This document shows, piece by piece, positions 35,534-43,797 of a DNA stretch of 64,000 nucleotides. The first letter of the stretch is position 1. Every line of letters begins with the position of its first letter. The stretch covers positions 27,966 to 91,965 of the forward strand of contig JBHLOI010000004.1 of assembly GCA_048940645.1 (NCBI GenBank). Direction: 5' to 3'. Origin of the DNA: Promethearchaeota archaeon. Its GTDB lineage: Archaea > Asgardarchaeota > Lokiarchaeia > Sigyniarchaeales > SOKP01. Under the pieces are notes generated by a model. The model was not told the origin of the DNA, ran no database searches, and saw nothing but the letters and a program-made list of their open reading frames with translations. The translations under genes and the position numbers were made by a program.

Positions 35534-36310
35534 ATGATAACTTGGATTTTAGGTGTAATACTAATTATTTGGATAATAATAATGCGTTTTAGTAAAGAGG
35601 GAAAAATTGAGGGAGAACCGTTATCTTTACCACGTGGTACAATAAGAGCATTAATTACTTTATTAATTGTATCTTTTCCATTGAATAATTTAATTCAAGG
35701 TAAAGAAATTCCACCTATAATTATTAATGCTGTTTTTATATTAGTTGCTTTTTACTTTGAAGCCAGAAAAGGTATTAAAGAAGAATTAAAAAAGATTATC
35801 AAGCATATCAAAAGTCCTGAAAAATTGGAATTAGAAACAAAAACACAAAAATATCCTTTATATTTACCAAAATACTCAGTGAGAATTACATTAATAATTA
35901 TTTTAGCATTCACATTAGTTTATAATCTACTAGGACCTATGGTCCCTTTTGTAACAACGAACACTCTTCAAGATATTTTGATTATTATTGTATTATTCAT
36001 AATTGGAGCTATATTTAGAGCAATTGGAATTGCACTTAAAAAGGGAAAGCTAAAAGAAGAAATTGAAAATATTAATGGTTATAAATCCTTATCAACTGAA
36101 GATATTATTGAGAAATTATCTCAAAAAGAAGCAAGAAAGTGGAAAACAATAGGAAAGAGCTTGATATCAATCATTTTGTTAGTTGCGATATTGATTGCAT
36201 TAATGTTATATACTCTAGATATTATTATCTTAGTTATTCCTTTCATTAATATCTCTCTAAGAGACTCATTATTACTTTTAATTAATGTCTATTATGGATT
36301 TAGAGATTAA
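35534..36310 (+). CDS. Hypothetical integral membrane protein
   Basis: It has six or so hydrophobic helices separated by Lys/Glu-rich loops. I recognise no motif. Confidence 0.45.
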   Translation: MITWILGVILIIWIIIMRFSKEGKIEGEPLSLPRGTIRALITLLIVSFPLNNLIQGKEIPPIIINAVFILVAFYFEARKGIKEELKKIIKHIKSPEKLELETKTQKYPLYLPKYSVRITLIIILAFTLVYNLLGPMVPFVTTNTLQDILIIIVLFIIGAIFRAIGIALKKGKLKEEIENINGYKSLSTEDIIEKLSQKEARKWKTIGKSLISIILLVAILIALMLYTLDIIILVIPFINISLRDSLLLLINVYYGFRD

Positions 36311-36455
36311 TATTTCTCTTCATCTTCAAAATCTACCTATTTTTTTATTTCATTAATTCTATGTATCTACAAAACCATTGGAAAGTAAATTATATATTAT
36401 TAAATATGCCAATATTAAGAAAGAATTAAATATTTCAGGAAAAAATTAAGAAATT

Positions 36456-36578
36456 TTGCAGCAATATGGTCTTTCTCGAAGAATTTATGTGAATGGTAAA
36501 ATAATGGAAATAGGTCCAGAAATAGAAAAAAATATACTAAGAAAGGCGATTGAAGCTGCCTTGTTAAAATTAAATTAG
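36456..36578 (+). pseudogene. Possible remnant of a small thioredoxin-fold (redox-active disulfide protein) gene
   Basis: The frame reads LQQYGLSRRIYVNGKIMEIGPEIEKNILRKAIEAALLKLN. This resembles the C-terminal half of small thioredoxin-family proteins (..YGVMSTPALVINGKVV.SGR.P..EEI...L). The N-terminal CxxC half is missing and a stop lies immediately upstream. Confidence 0.25.
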
Positions 36579-36592
36579 ATTTTTTTTAAATC

Positions 36593-37192
36593 TTATAGTT
36601 TTTTAGCAAATATCCAATATTGAAATTCGCTACCTCTAACAAGAACACCTTCAAATAATATTGAAAATCCAACTGATTTAACTATTTCCAATGTCTTTTT
36701 AGGATCATAATTGCTCCAAAACATAGGTTCCCCAAAAAATTGGCTTACTCCTTCAGATTCAGAAGTTCCTGTATTAATTAGCAAAATTCCATTAGGTTTT
36801 AGGATTTTAAAAAATTCTTTGAAAATATTTGGATGATTATTTTTTGGAACATGAAATAAGGCATAAACAGAAATAATTCCATCGAATGAATTTTTATGAA
36901 AATCAAGCTTGTTCATATCTTTATTAATAAAATCGGCTTCTGGTACATTTTTCTTAGCCATCTCAAGCATTGTGTCTGAAATATCTATACCAGTCACTTT
37001 TAAGCCTCTACCTACTAAATATTTTGCTGTGGGAATTCCAGCGCCGCATCCAACATCTAAAACATGCCCATTCTTAGGTAAAAGATCAATAAATTTATCT
37101 AATTCACCATTAAACTTTTCTAAGTCTCTATGTGAATAATAAGAAGCAGCAATTTTATTATAGCTCCTTTTTACCATTTCTGATTCAAACAT
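36593..37192 (-). CDS. Class I SAM-dependent methyltransferase
   Basis: It has VLDVGCGAGIPT, VTGIDISDTMLEMAKKN and LKPNGILLI. Confidence 0.85.
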   Translation of the reverse strand: MFESEMVKRSYNKIAASYYSHRDLEKFNGELDKFIDLLPKNGHVLDVGCGAGIPTAKYLVGRGLKVTGIDISDTMLEMAKKNVPEADFINKDMNKLDFHKNSFDGIISVYALFHVPKNNHPNIFKEFFKILKPNGILLINTGTSESEGVSQFFGEPMFWSNYDPKKTLEIVKSVGFSILFEGVLVRGSEFQYWIFAKKL

Positions 37193-37360
37193 AACTTATC
37201 ACTCTAAAAAATAAATTAAATAATTAAAATAAGATCGTTTAATTACACCTACAAAATAGCAATAATAAAAGTGAGTTTAATAACTCATAACAATCAAATG
37301 TATTTCAGTAGTTTTTTAAAAGCTGATTAGATATTTCTTTGATAAATAAAAAGTATGTAA

Positions 37361-37948
37361 TTAATCATCCTGTGTGTCTAATTCTCTTTTGGATTCGAAT
37401 TCTTCTAAAGAGGAATACCCCAATTTTTTAATAAGATGATCAAATCTTACTTTAGCTAAATTTATCCCACTGTTTTTTGCTAATTCAATATCATTTACAT
37501 ATAATTCAATTGATCTATCAGAATAAGTTTCTAACTCACACGAGAGATATCTACTAAAGTATTCTGGTTTATGATTAATACTTAATGGATATCGATTGAA
37601 TAACTCATTCATCCAATTTAATTCTATAGAAACAATTTTTTGGATTAGTGGATTAACTTTAAGTGGGGGTATAATATTATTCATACGGGCATATTTTTCA
37701 GTCATTAAGTTCCTCCCCTTTGACTTTGCAGCTTTTAAATCTTCAAGATATGATTTAAGTACATTATAAGATAATGCACTATGATTCATTTCCCTCATTA
37801 ACTTAAATGTCACAGAATTTTCTTGACATAATGAGGGTTGACTAGTTCTTACATTTTCAAACATCTCAAGCTCGATTTTTAGTATCTTTTTTAAAATATT
37901 TTTCTTATTTTTAGGCATGAAGACCAATTTATTTAAATTTTTAGTCAA
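37361..37948 (-). CDS. Hypothetical protein, possibly DUF4125 family
   Basis: It is helical, with blocks MFENVRT...C and MTEKYARM that I associate with DUF4125. This comes from memory only. Confidence 0.4.
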   Translation of the reverse strand: MTKNLNKLVFMPKNKKNILKKILKIELEMFENVRTSQPSLCQENSVTFKLMREMNHSALSYNVLKSYLEDLKAAKSKGRNLMTEKYARMNNIIPPLKVNPLIQKIVSIELNWMNELFNRYPLSINHKPEYFSRYLSCELETYSDRSIELYVNDIELAKNSGINLAKVRFDHLIKKLGYSSLEEFESKRELDTQDD

Positions 37949-37955
37949 AATCGGT

Positions 37956-38768
37956 TTAATGAACGGAAATAAGCTCTCGTTTAATAAAAGGTTTCAGATC
38001 TTTTCCCTTCTTCCAGTACCATTCAAATAATTCTATTGTCCAATTTATGAAAGAATCGTTAGAATCGATTAAACATTGGCTATAATCAATTTGACCATCT
38101 TTATTCAAAAAAAGTATGGCTCCTTTATCAGATACTATTAAAGAGAAATTAATTTGATCTAATAAACGAATATTTTGGTAAATATTTAATTTCTTGAAAA
38201 ATTCCTGAGCATTTTTAAATAATCTTAACCATTCATTAGGAATTTTATAAGATTTAGCAAGAGCAGGATTTATTAAAGCTCTTACATCTATAGACTGATC
38301 TTTAATTTTTTTTTCAACAATAGGTAAAAGAGAATTTTGTAGTTGGTCTGAAATTGCAAAAATGAATCTTTGGGAATCAGTTACTAAGTTAGACCAAAGC
38401 TCAATGTTTTGTAATGTTTTTTTATTAATTTCTATTGTTTTTAGTTTACCTAATTGAAGTATAAGGTGAACTGGAATTGAAGTTAAATGATGTGTATTGA
38501 AAAACTCTTTCAAACTGATAGAAACCTCAAAAATATCCATTATCCTATAAAAAATTCTCCCAATATTAGAAATAGTATATTTGTTATCAATTGTCTTTAT
38601 TATTAAATCCTTTTCTAACAATCTTTTTAGGTGTCGAGAAATTTCCGATCCTGGGATATTTAACTCTTTTTCTAATTCACTATGTCTTTTTTCTTTATCA
38701 TATAAGTTTTTAAAGACAATTAACCTCTTATCATTCGAGAACTCGATAAAAATCTCATTCAAATTCAA
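37956..38768 (-). CDS. Winged-helix regulator with DUF1724 (FilR1-like) C-terminal domain
   Basis: The N-terminus is an ArsR-like wHTH (KRLIVFKNLYDKEKRHSELEKELNIPGSEISRHLKRLLEKDLI). It is followed by a ~190 aa domain of the type found in archaeal DUF1724 regulators. Confidence 0.65.
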   Translation of the reverse strand: MNLNEIFIEFSNDKRLIVFKNLYDKEKRHSELEKELNIPGSEISRHLKRLLEKDLIIKTIDNKYTISNIGRIFYRIMDIFEVSISLKEFFNTHHLTSIPVHLILQLGKLKTIEINKKTLQNIELWSNLVTDSQRFIFAISDQLQNSLLPIVEKKIKDQSIDVRALINPALAKSYKIPNEWLRLFKNAQEFFKKLNIYQNIRLLDQINFSLIVSDKGAILFLNKDGQIDYSQCLIDSNDSFINWTIELFEWYWKKGKDLKPFIKRELISVH

Positions 38769-38885
38769 GAAATGCTCACTTTGAAATTATTAAAATCCAA
38801 CTAAAATTATTAGTATTCTTCTAAATATTTTAATTTTATTCAAAATATTTTTATCATCTTAATTTTAGATTAAAAGAATTAAGAC

Positions 38886-38910
38886 TCCATTTAGGATTTT
38901 CTTAAATGGA
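38886..38910. promoter_or_regulatory. Perfect 8-bp inverted repeat TCCATTTA-N9-TAAATGGA in a divergent intergenic region
   Basis: It lies between the DUF1724 regulator (start 38768, minus strand) and the acyl-CoA operon (start 38988, plus strand). It is a candidate operator. Confidence 0.35.
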
Positions 38911-38987
38911 TTCAAGCAATTATATAGTGCAATCTAAAATATTTAAGAATTTTGAATTTAAAATAAACTGTTAAAAAGGTGTGAGAT

Positions 38988-39287
38988 TTGTACGAAGAAT
39001 TAGAATTAAGAGCGCTTAGATTATTAGCTAAGCAATTTGAATATAATCAAGCGCTTCATATGGAAGCAGTTGATATGGCAAAATTATTAGACGTGAAAAG
39101 AAAAGATATACAGGCTGTTTTGAAAACACTAGCTGACTCTAAACTAATCAATATTTATGAAGAGCGGGATAAAATTAAGTTAGCGAAGATTTCCTGGCAA
39201 GGCTTAAATGAGATTGGTGATGTTAATTTAAAATTTGGGATGGGAAGAGAAGCATATGAGAATTATAAAAAAGAGGGATTAGAATAA
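38988..39287 (+). CDS. Small putative winged-helix protein
   Basis: The 99 aa protein has a TTG start and reads AVDMAKLLDVKRKDIQAVLKTLADSKLINIYEE, which is HTH-like. The stop abuts the ACAD start at 39289. Confidence 0.4.
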   Translation: MYEELELRALRLLAKQFEYNQALHMEAVDMAKLLDVKRKDIQAVLKTLADSKLINIYEERDKIKLAKISWQGLNEIGDVNLKFGMGREAYENYKKEGLE

Positions 39288-39288
39288 A

Positions 39289-40536
39289 ATGACATTTGAT
39301 TATATGCCATGGTGGAGTGATAGAACAAAAAAATTCGCAGATGAAGTTGAGAATTTTATGGATACGGAACTCCAACCCCGAGCAATTAAACTTCTTGAGC
39401 AGAATAAAGATCCAATGGCAATTCAATGGGAAGCTTCAAAACTTTGTATTGATAAAGGATTCCATCCTTTAATGGTTTTAGCTGAAGAAGAATATGGTGG
39501 AGTTGATCAAGGATATGCTGGTTATACAATCTTAAATGAAGAAGTAGGAAGGGCAATGATAAATATAAACCCATTATTAACAAGTGTATTTGGAGCTGGC
39601 CCGATACATTTGTTCGGGACTGAACAACAAAAACAAAAATTTATGGTTCCATTAGTAAAAGGTGAGAAATGGGCTTCTATTACTGTCACTGAGCCAGATG
39701 TGGGTAATGATGCTGCTGGAATTCAATTAAATGCTGAAAAAGATGGAGATGAGTGGATTCTGAACGGTTGGAAGCGTTATATTACTTTAGGAGCAATAAG
39801 TGATTATCATATGCTTTATGCTAACTCAGATCCAGACATGAGGAGAGTTTATAGACATTTAACAGCATTTTTTGTTCCTACTGATCTTCCCGGAATCTCA
39901 ATTGAAAAAATTAATTCATTAATAGGGGATGTTGAAATGGCTAATTCAGTAATTAGATATAATGATGTTCGAGTACCAGAAGAAAATATGATACTGGATC
40001 CTGGAGATGGTTGGACTGTTATGACTAGCGCTTTAAATATTGAGCGCTTAGGAATAGCTGGAGTTGTAGGCTCATCCAGAAATCTATTAGAAACAGCAAG
40101 AGCTTATGGAAGGAGAAGAGTTCAATTTGGAATGCCTATTTCGAGATATAATGGTGTTCAATTAAGAATGGCAAATATTTCAATGAAAATGAATCTAACT
40201 AGAGTCTTCTTGTACTATTTAGCTGATCTATTGGATAAAGGTGAAGCTGATATGTTCAGCTTTGGAGTGAAATCTTCAATTTCTAAAGTATTCGGAACGC
40301 AATCATTAACTGAGATGGCTTTGGATGCTCTTTTCATCTGTGGGGGAGATGGCTATCTTCAAGAAATAGGTGTAGGAGGAATTCTCAAAAATGCTGCGTT
40401 AATGCAAATAGCAGGAGGTTCTAATGACATTTTAAAATTATTCATTGGCAGAAATGAATTTATGCAAGATGTTGATACTCGCATGTTAACTCCATCTGTG
40501 AGAGGTCCAACTGAAGAAGATGTTAAAGATTTATAA
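39289..40536 (+). CDS. Acyl-CoA dehydrogenase
   Basis: It shows an ACAD three-domain pattern: ASITVTEPDVGNDAAGIQ, WILNGWKRYITLG, RLGIAG, RRVQFGMPI and GGDGY. Confidence 0.9.
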   Translation: MTFDYMPWWSDRTKKFADEVENFMDTELQPRAIKLLEQNKDPMAIQWEASKLCIDKGFHPLMVLAEEEYGGVDQGYAGYTILNEEVGRAMININPLLTSVFGAGPIHLFGTEQQKQKFMVPLVKGEKWASITVTEPDVGNDAAGIQLNAEKDGDEWILNGWKRYITLGAISDYHMLYANSDPDMRRVYRHLTAFFVPTDLPGISIEKINSLIGDVEMANSVIRYNDVRVPEENMILDPGDGWTVMTSALNIERLGIAGVVGSSRNLLETARAYGRRRVQFGMPISRYNGVQLRMANISMKMNLTRVFLYYLADLLDKGEADMFSFGVKSSISKVFGTQSLTEMALDALFICGGDGYLQEIGVGGILKNAALMQIAGGSNDILKLFIGRNEFMQDVDTRMLTPSVRGPTEEDVKDL

Positions 40537-40554
40537 GAAAGGAGGTTAGAAAAG

Positions 40555-41355
40555 ATGACAAAATATGAAGAAATTAAGTTTGAAGTGGAAGATGGTATTG
40601 GGTGGATTACTATTGATCGTCCTGAAAGAAGAAATGCACTATCTAGAGATGTATGGGCAAGTATTGGCCAAGTTTTATCGGATAGTTGGGATGATATTAA
40701 TGTAAGAGTAATTGTATTAACGGGAAATGATGAGGAATATAAAGGTGGTCGGGCTTTTTCAGCAGGACTTGACATAAAGGAAATGTCAACAACAGGGTTT
40801 AAGAATCTTGGTGATTTTCTAGGAATCCTGCTTGATCCATGTGAATTAATGGCACGTTATCCCAAACCCTTGATCGCAATGATTAATGGTTATGCATACG
40901 CCGGAGGTTTAGAGCTTACTTTATGGTGTGACTGTGCTCTTGCTGCGGATGATGCTCTAATGGGCTTTTGGGAAAATCGAAGAGGGTTAGCAAGTGGTGT
41001 TGCATTTCTATTGCTTCCTGAACTAATAGGAATGCGCCATACAAAAGAGCTTTTACTAACTGGGAAAATTATTTCTGCAGATGAAGCTTATAGAATGGGT
41101 TTGGTTAACAAAGTAGTAGCCCATGATCAATTAAGGGAAGCTACCAAGGAAATGGCTGAAGAAATGAAAAAAGTAGCTCCTATAAGCCATAAGTGGACTA
41201 AAAAGTGGTTTCAACAAGGATATCATTATACTAGAACTAGAGCAATTGGTAGTCTTTGGGAGCCATTCCAGGAGCTCTTCCACTCTGAGGATGTTATTGA
41301 GGGTTTTACTGCTTTTATGGAAGATAATCGAGAACCAAAATGGAAAGGAAAATAA
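40555..41355 (+). CDS. Enoyl-CoA hydratase/isomerase family protein
   Basis: It reads GWITIDRPERRNAL, FSAGLDIKE and INGYAYAGGLELTLWCD. Confidence 0.9.
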   Translation: MTKYEEIKFEVEDGIGWITIDRPERRNALSRDVWASIGQVLSDSWDDINVRVIVLTGNDEEYKGGRAFSAGLDIKEMSTTGFKNLGDFLGILLDPCELMARYPKPLIAMINGYAYAGGLELTLWCDCALAADDALMGFWENRRGLASGVAFLLLPELIGMRHTKELLLTGKIISADEAYRMGLVNKVVAHDQLREATKEMAEEMKKVAPISHKWTKKWFQQGYHYTRTRAIGSLWEPFQELFHSEDVIEGFTAFMEDNREPKWKGK

Positions 41356-41401
41356 ATTTTTTTTAAATTATATTAAAATTAAAATTATAGGAGGAAAAAT
41401 T

Positions 41402-41731
41402 ATGTCAGATGAAGAATTAATCGAAGGAATTAAGAAAATGGTTAGTAAACTGGATGATCCTGCTTACCAAGAACGATTTAAGGGATTTGATAGGATATTA
41501 CAATTTAATTTTAAAGATACTAATAATTACTATTTAGTTTTTAAAGATGCTAAATGTGAAATAAAAGATGGTGATGTTGACGATCCAAATATCACTATTA
41601 CGACAACTAGTGATGTAATCATTGATATAATGGATGGCGAATTAAGTCCTACTAAAGCATTCATGGGAGGAAAGTTAAAGGCAAAGGGTCCTATGAAAGA
41701 TATGCTTAAAATGCAAATGCTTATGAAATAA
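41402..41731 (+). CDS. SCP2 (sterol carrier protein 2) domain protein
   Basis: It starts at ATG 41402 behind GGAGGA. The protein ends ..DVIIDIMDGELSPTKAFMGGKLKAKGPMKDMLKMQMLM, the SCP2 C-terminal signature. The track ORF starting at 41246 is an over-extension into the upstream gene. Confidence 0.8.
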   Translation: MSDEELIEGIKKMVSKLDDPAYQERFKGFDRILQFNFKDTNNYYLVFKDAKCEIKDGDVDDPNITITTTSDVIIDIMDGELSPTKAFMGGKLKAKGPMKDMLKMQMLMK

Positions 41732-41748
41732 GCAAATGCTTATGAAAT
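41713..41748 (+). repeat. Tandem duplication GCAAATGCTTATGAAAT (x2, period 19) spanning the SCP2 stop codon
   Basis: Copies lie at 41713..41729 and 41732..41748. The first copy contains the last codons and the start of the TAA stop. Confidence 0.8.
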
Positions 41749-41782
41749 TTTTTATAGATTAATTTTTTTTATTTTATATTTA

Positions 41783-42625
41783 ATGATGATAAAGAGGGTT
41801 AAAAGAATGGATTTCAAATATCTATTATTTGAAGTAAAAGATAATGTGGCTGTTATAACACTTAACCGAGAGAATAAATTGAATGCTATAAATGGTAAAA
41901 TGTTTGATGAGATTTATGAAGCTTTAGATGAGATAGCAAATAACAAGGAAATTAGAGCTGCAATTATCACAGGTAAAGGTCGTGCTTTTTCCACTGGTGG
42001 AGATTTTAATCAAGCTAGCCAAGGAATGGCAGGAGATATAGATAGTGTAGAAGATGGAGGAAAAATGCAATCTGGAGAAATAGAAATAGATGTTTCTCAA
42101 AAAAGATTAGTGCTAAAATTGCAGAGGACTCCTAAACCCATTATAGCTGCGATTAATGGGCTTGCTCTAGGAGGAGGGTTAAATATTGCTTTAAATTGCG
42201 ACTTGATTTATGCTGCTCAAAATGCTGAGCTCGGTACTTTTTTCATGAAAAGGGCCATTATCCCAGAAATGTCTTCGACATATATATTGCCAAGAATAGT
42301 TGGTATACATAAGGCAAAAGAACTCATCTTTTTTGGCGATAGATTTAGTGCTCAAGAAGCTTTAAAAATGGGATTAATTAATGGTGTCTTTCCTGTCGAG
42401 GAATTCATGAATAAGGTCATGGAAGTCGCTGAAAAATTAGCAAAAGGACCTACATTTTCAATTGGATTGGTGAAATTAATCATAAATAAAGTATTAGAGG
42501 AAAAAACAATTCAAGCACTTGAAAATGAAGCGGAAGCTTTATTTAAAGCATTTGATTCAGAGGATTTTACTGAGGGCTTGTTGGCATTTTTCGAAAAAAG
42601 AGATCCTGAATTTTTAGGAAGATGA
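41783..42625 (+). CDS. Enoyl-CoA hydratase/isomerase family protein
   Basis: It reads VAVITLNRENKLNAI, FSTGGDF and INGLALGGGLNIALNCD. The likely start is ATG 41807 (MDFKYLLFEV) behind AGAGGG. Confidence 0.9.
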   Translation: MMIKRVKRMDFKYLLFEVKDNVAVITLNRENKLNAINGKMFDEIYEALDEIANNKEIRAAIITGKGRAFSTGGDFNQASQGMAGDIDSVEDGGKMQSGEIEIDVSQKRLVLKLQRTPKPIIAAINGLALGGGLNIALNCDLIYAAQNAELGTFFMKRAIIPEMSSTYILPRIVGIHKAKELIFFGDRFSAQEALKMGLINGVFPVEEFMNKVMEVAEKLAKGPTFSIGLVKLIINKVLEEKTIQALENEAEALFKAFDSEDFTEGLLAFFEKRDPEFLGR

Positions 42626-42647
42626 AAAAAGTGAAAGCGAGAAAAAA

Positions 42648-43082
42648 ATGAAAGAAGAGAAAGCAAATAAGATATTGAAAATTTTATCAATGATTGGAGG
42701 TATTTATGAAATAATATTTGGAATTTTGATGATATTTTTCATAGTACCTTTATTAAATTTAATGGGTCTAAATATTTTGCAAATAGAATATCCTATATTT
42801 ACTCATACTGCTGGATTATTGGCTGTAATCCTAGGTTTAATATTACTTTTCTCAGCATTTAATATAAAAAAATTCTTAAACAATATAATTTTCATAATAC
42901 TTCTACGTTTTATTATTCAAATTGTTATCATTGTAAATATTTTTATAATTCCGACGATTTGTATCGGTTTGGTTTTATTCGGCTTAATTGATTTAATTTT
43001 TGCCATCCTTACTATACATTTCATCAAAATCTCAGGGTTATCATTTAACATTATTAAAAATATAAAAGATGGGGGGAGTTAA
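42648..43082 (+). CDS. Small hydrophobic membrane protein
   Basis: It has four predicted TM helices and overlaps the next gene by 14 nt. Confidence 0.45.
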   Translation: MKEEKANKILKILSMIGGIYEIIFGILMIFFIVPLLNLMGLNILQIEYPIFTHTAGLLAVILGLILLFSAFNIKKFLNNIIFIILLRFIIQIVIIVNIFIIPTICIGLVLFGLIDLIFAILTIHFIKISGLSFNIIKNIKDGGS

Positions 43083-43797
43083 GATCACTAAACAAGATAC
43101 AATAATTAAAGATGTCCTTAATCAAAATAGAACATTCCTAATGGAACATGAAAGTAAGGATTTAATTGCTAAATATGACATTCCGGTAGGAGAATATAAA
43201 GTTGTTAAAAATGAGTATGAAGCAGTAAAATTTGCTAATAAAATAGGCTATCCTGTGGTTGCAAAATTAATGAGCCCAGACATAATCCATAAAACTGAAG
43301 CCAGAGTGATTAAGTTAAATTTGAATTCTGATGAAGAGGTTAGAAAAGCTTATAAAGAAGTTATTCATAATGGCAAAAACTATAATTCTGAGGCTCAAAT
43401 AGAAGGGGTAAATATACAGAAAATGATGGAAGAAGGTCTCGTTGAAATCATAATAGGAAGCATCAGAGATATTAATTTTGGGCCAGTTCTTATGTTTGGA
43501 TTAGGTGGTATTTTTGTTGAAATATTTAAAGACGTGTCATATCGAGTATGTCCAATTTCTCAAGGTGAAGCTAGTAAGATGATTAGAAACATCAAAGCTT
43601 TTCCATTGTTGGATGGATATCGAGGACAACCGAAAGCGGATAATGAAAAAATAATAGAAGTTTTATTAAAATGTTGTCACCTTTTAATTGAAAATCCGGA
43701 AATTGAAGAATTAGATTTAAATCCCGTAATTGTGTTTGAAAAAGGTAAAGGGTTAATGGTTCTGGATGCGAGAATTATTTTAAGGGAGGATTTATAA
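43069..43797 (+). CDS. ADP-forming acetyl/acyl-CoA synthetase, beta (ATP-grasp) subunit
   Basis: It reads E.ESKDLIAKYDIPV..., GYPVVAKLMSPDIIHKTE, FGPVLMFGLGGIFVE and DLNPV. Confidence 0.8.
   Translation: MGGVKITKQDTIIKDVLNQNRTFLMEHESKDLIAKYDIPVGEYKVVKNEYEAVKFANKIGYPVVAKLMSPDIIHKTEARVIKLNLNSDEEVRKAYKEVIHNGKNYNSEAQIEGVNIQKMMEEGLVEIIIGSIRDINFGPVLMFGLGGIFVEIFKDVSYRVCPISQGEASKMIRNIKAFPLLDGYRGQPKADNEKIIEVLLKCCHLLIENPEIEELDLNPVIVFEKGKGLMVLDARIILREDL

Noticed and set aside
41246-41401. N-terminal 52-aa extension of the SCP2 ORF as given in the track (start 41246)
   Set aside because: The extension overlaps the 3' end of the crotonase gene in another frame. The ATG at 41402 has a GGAGGA RBS and yields a full SCP2 domain.
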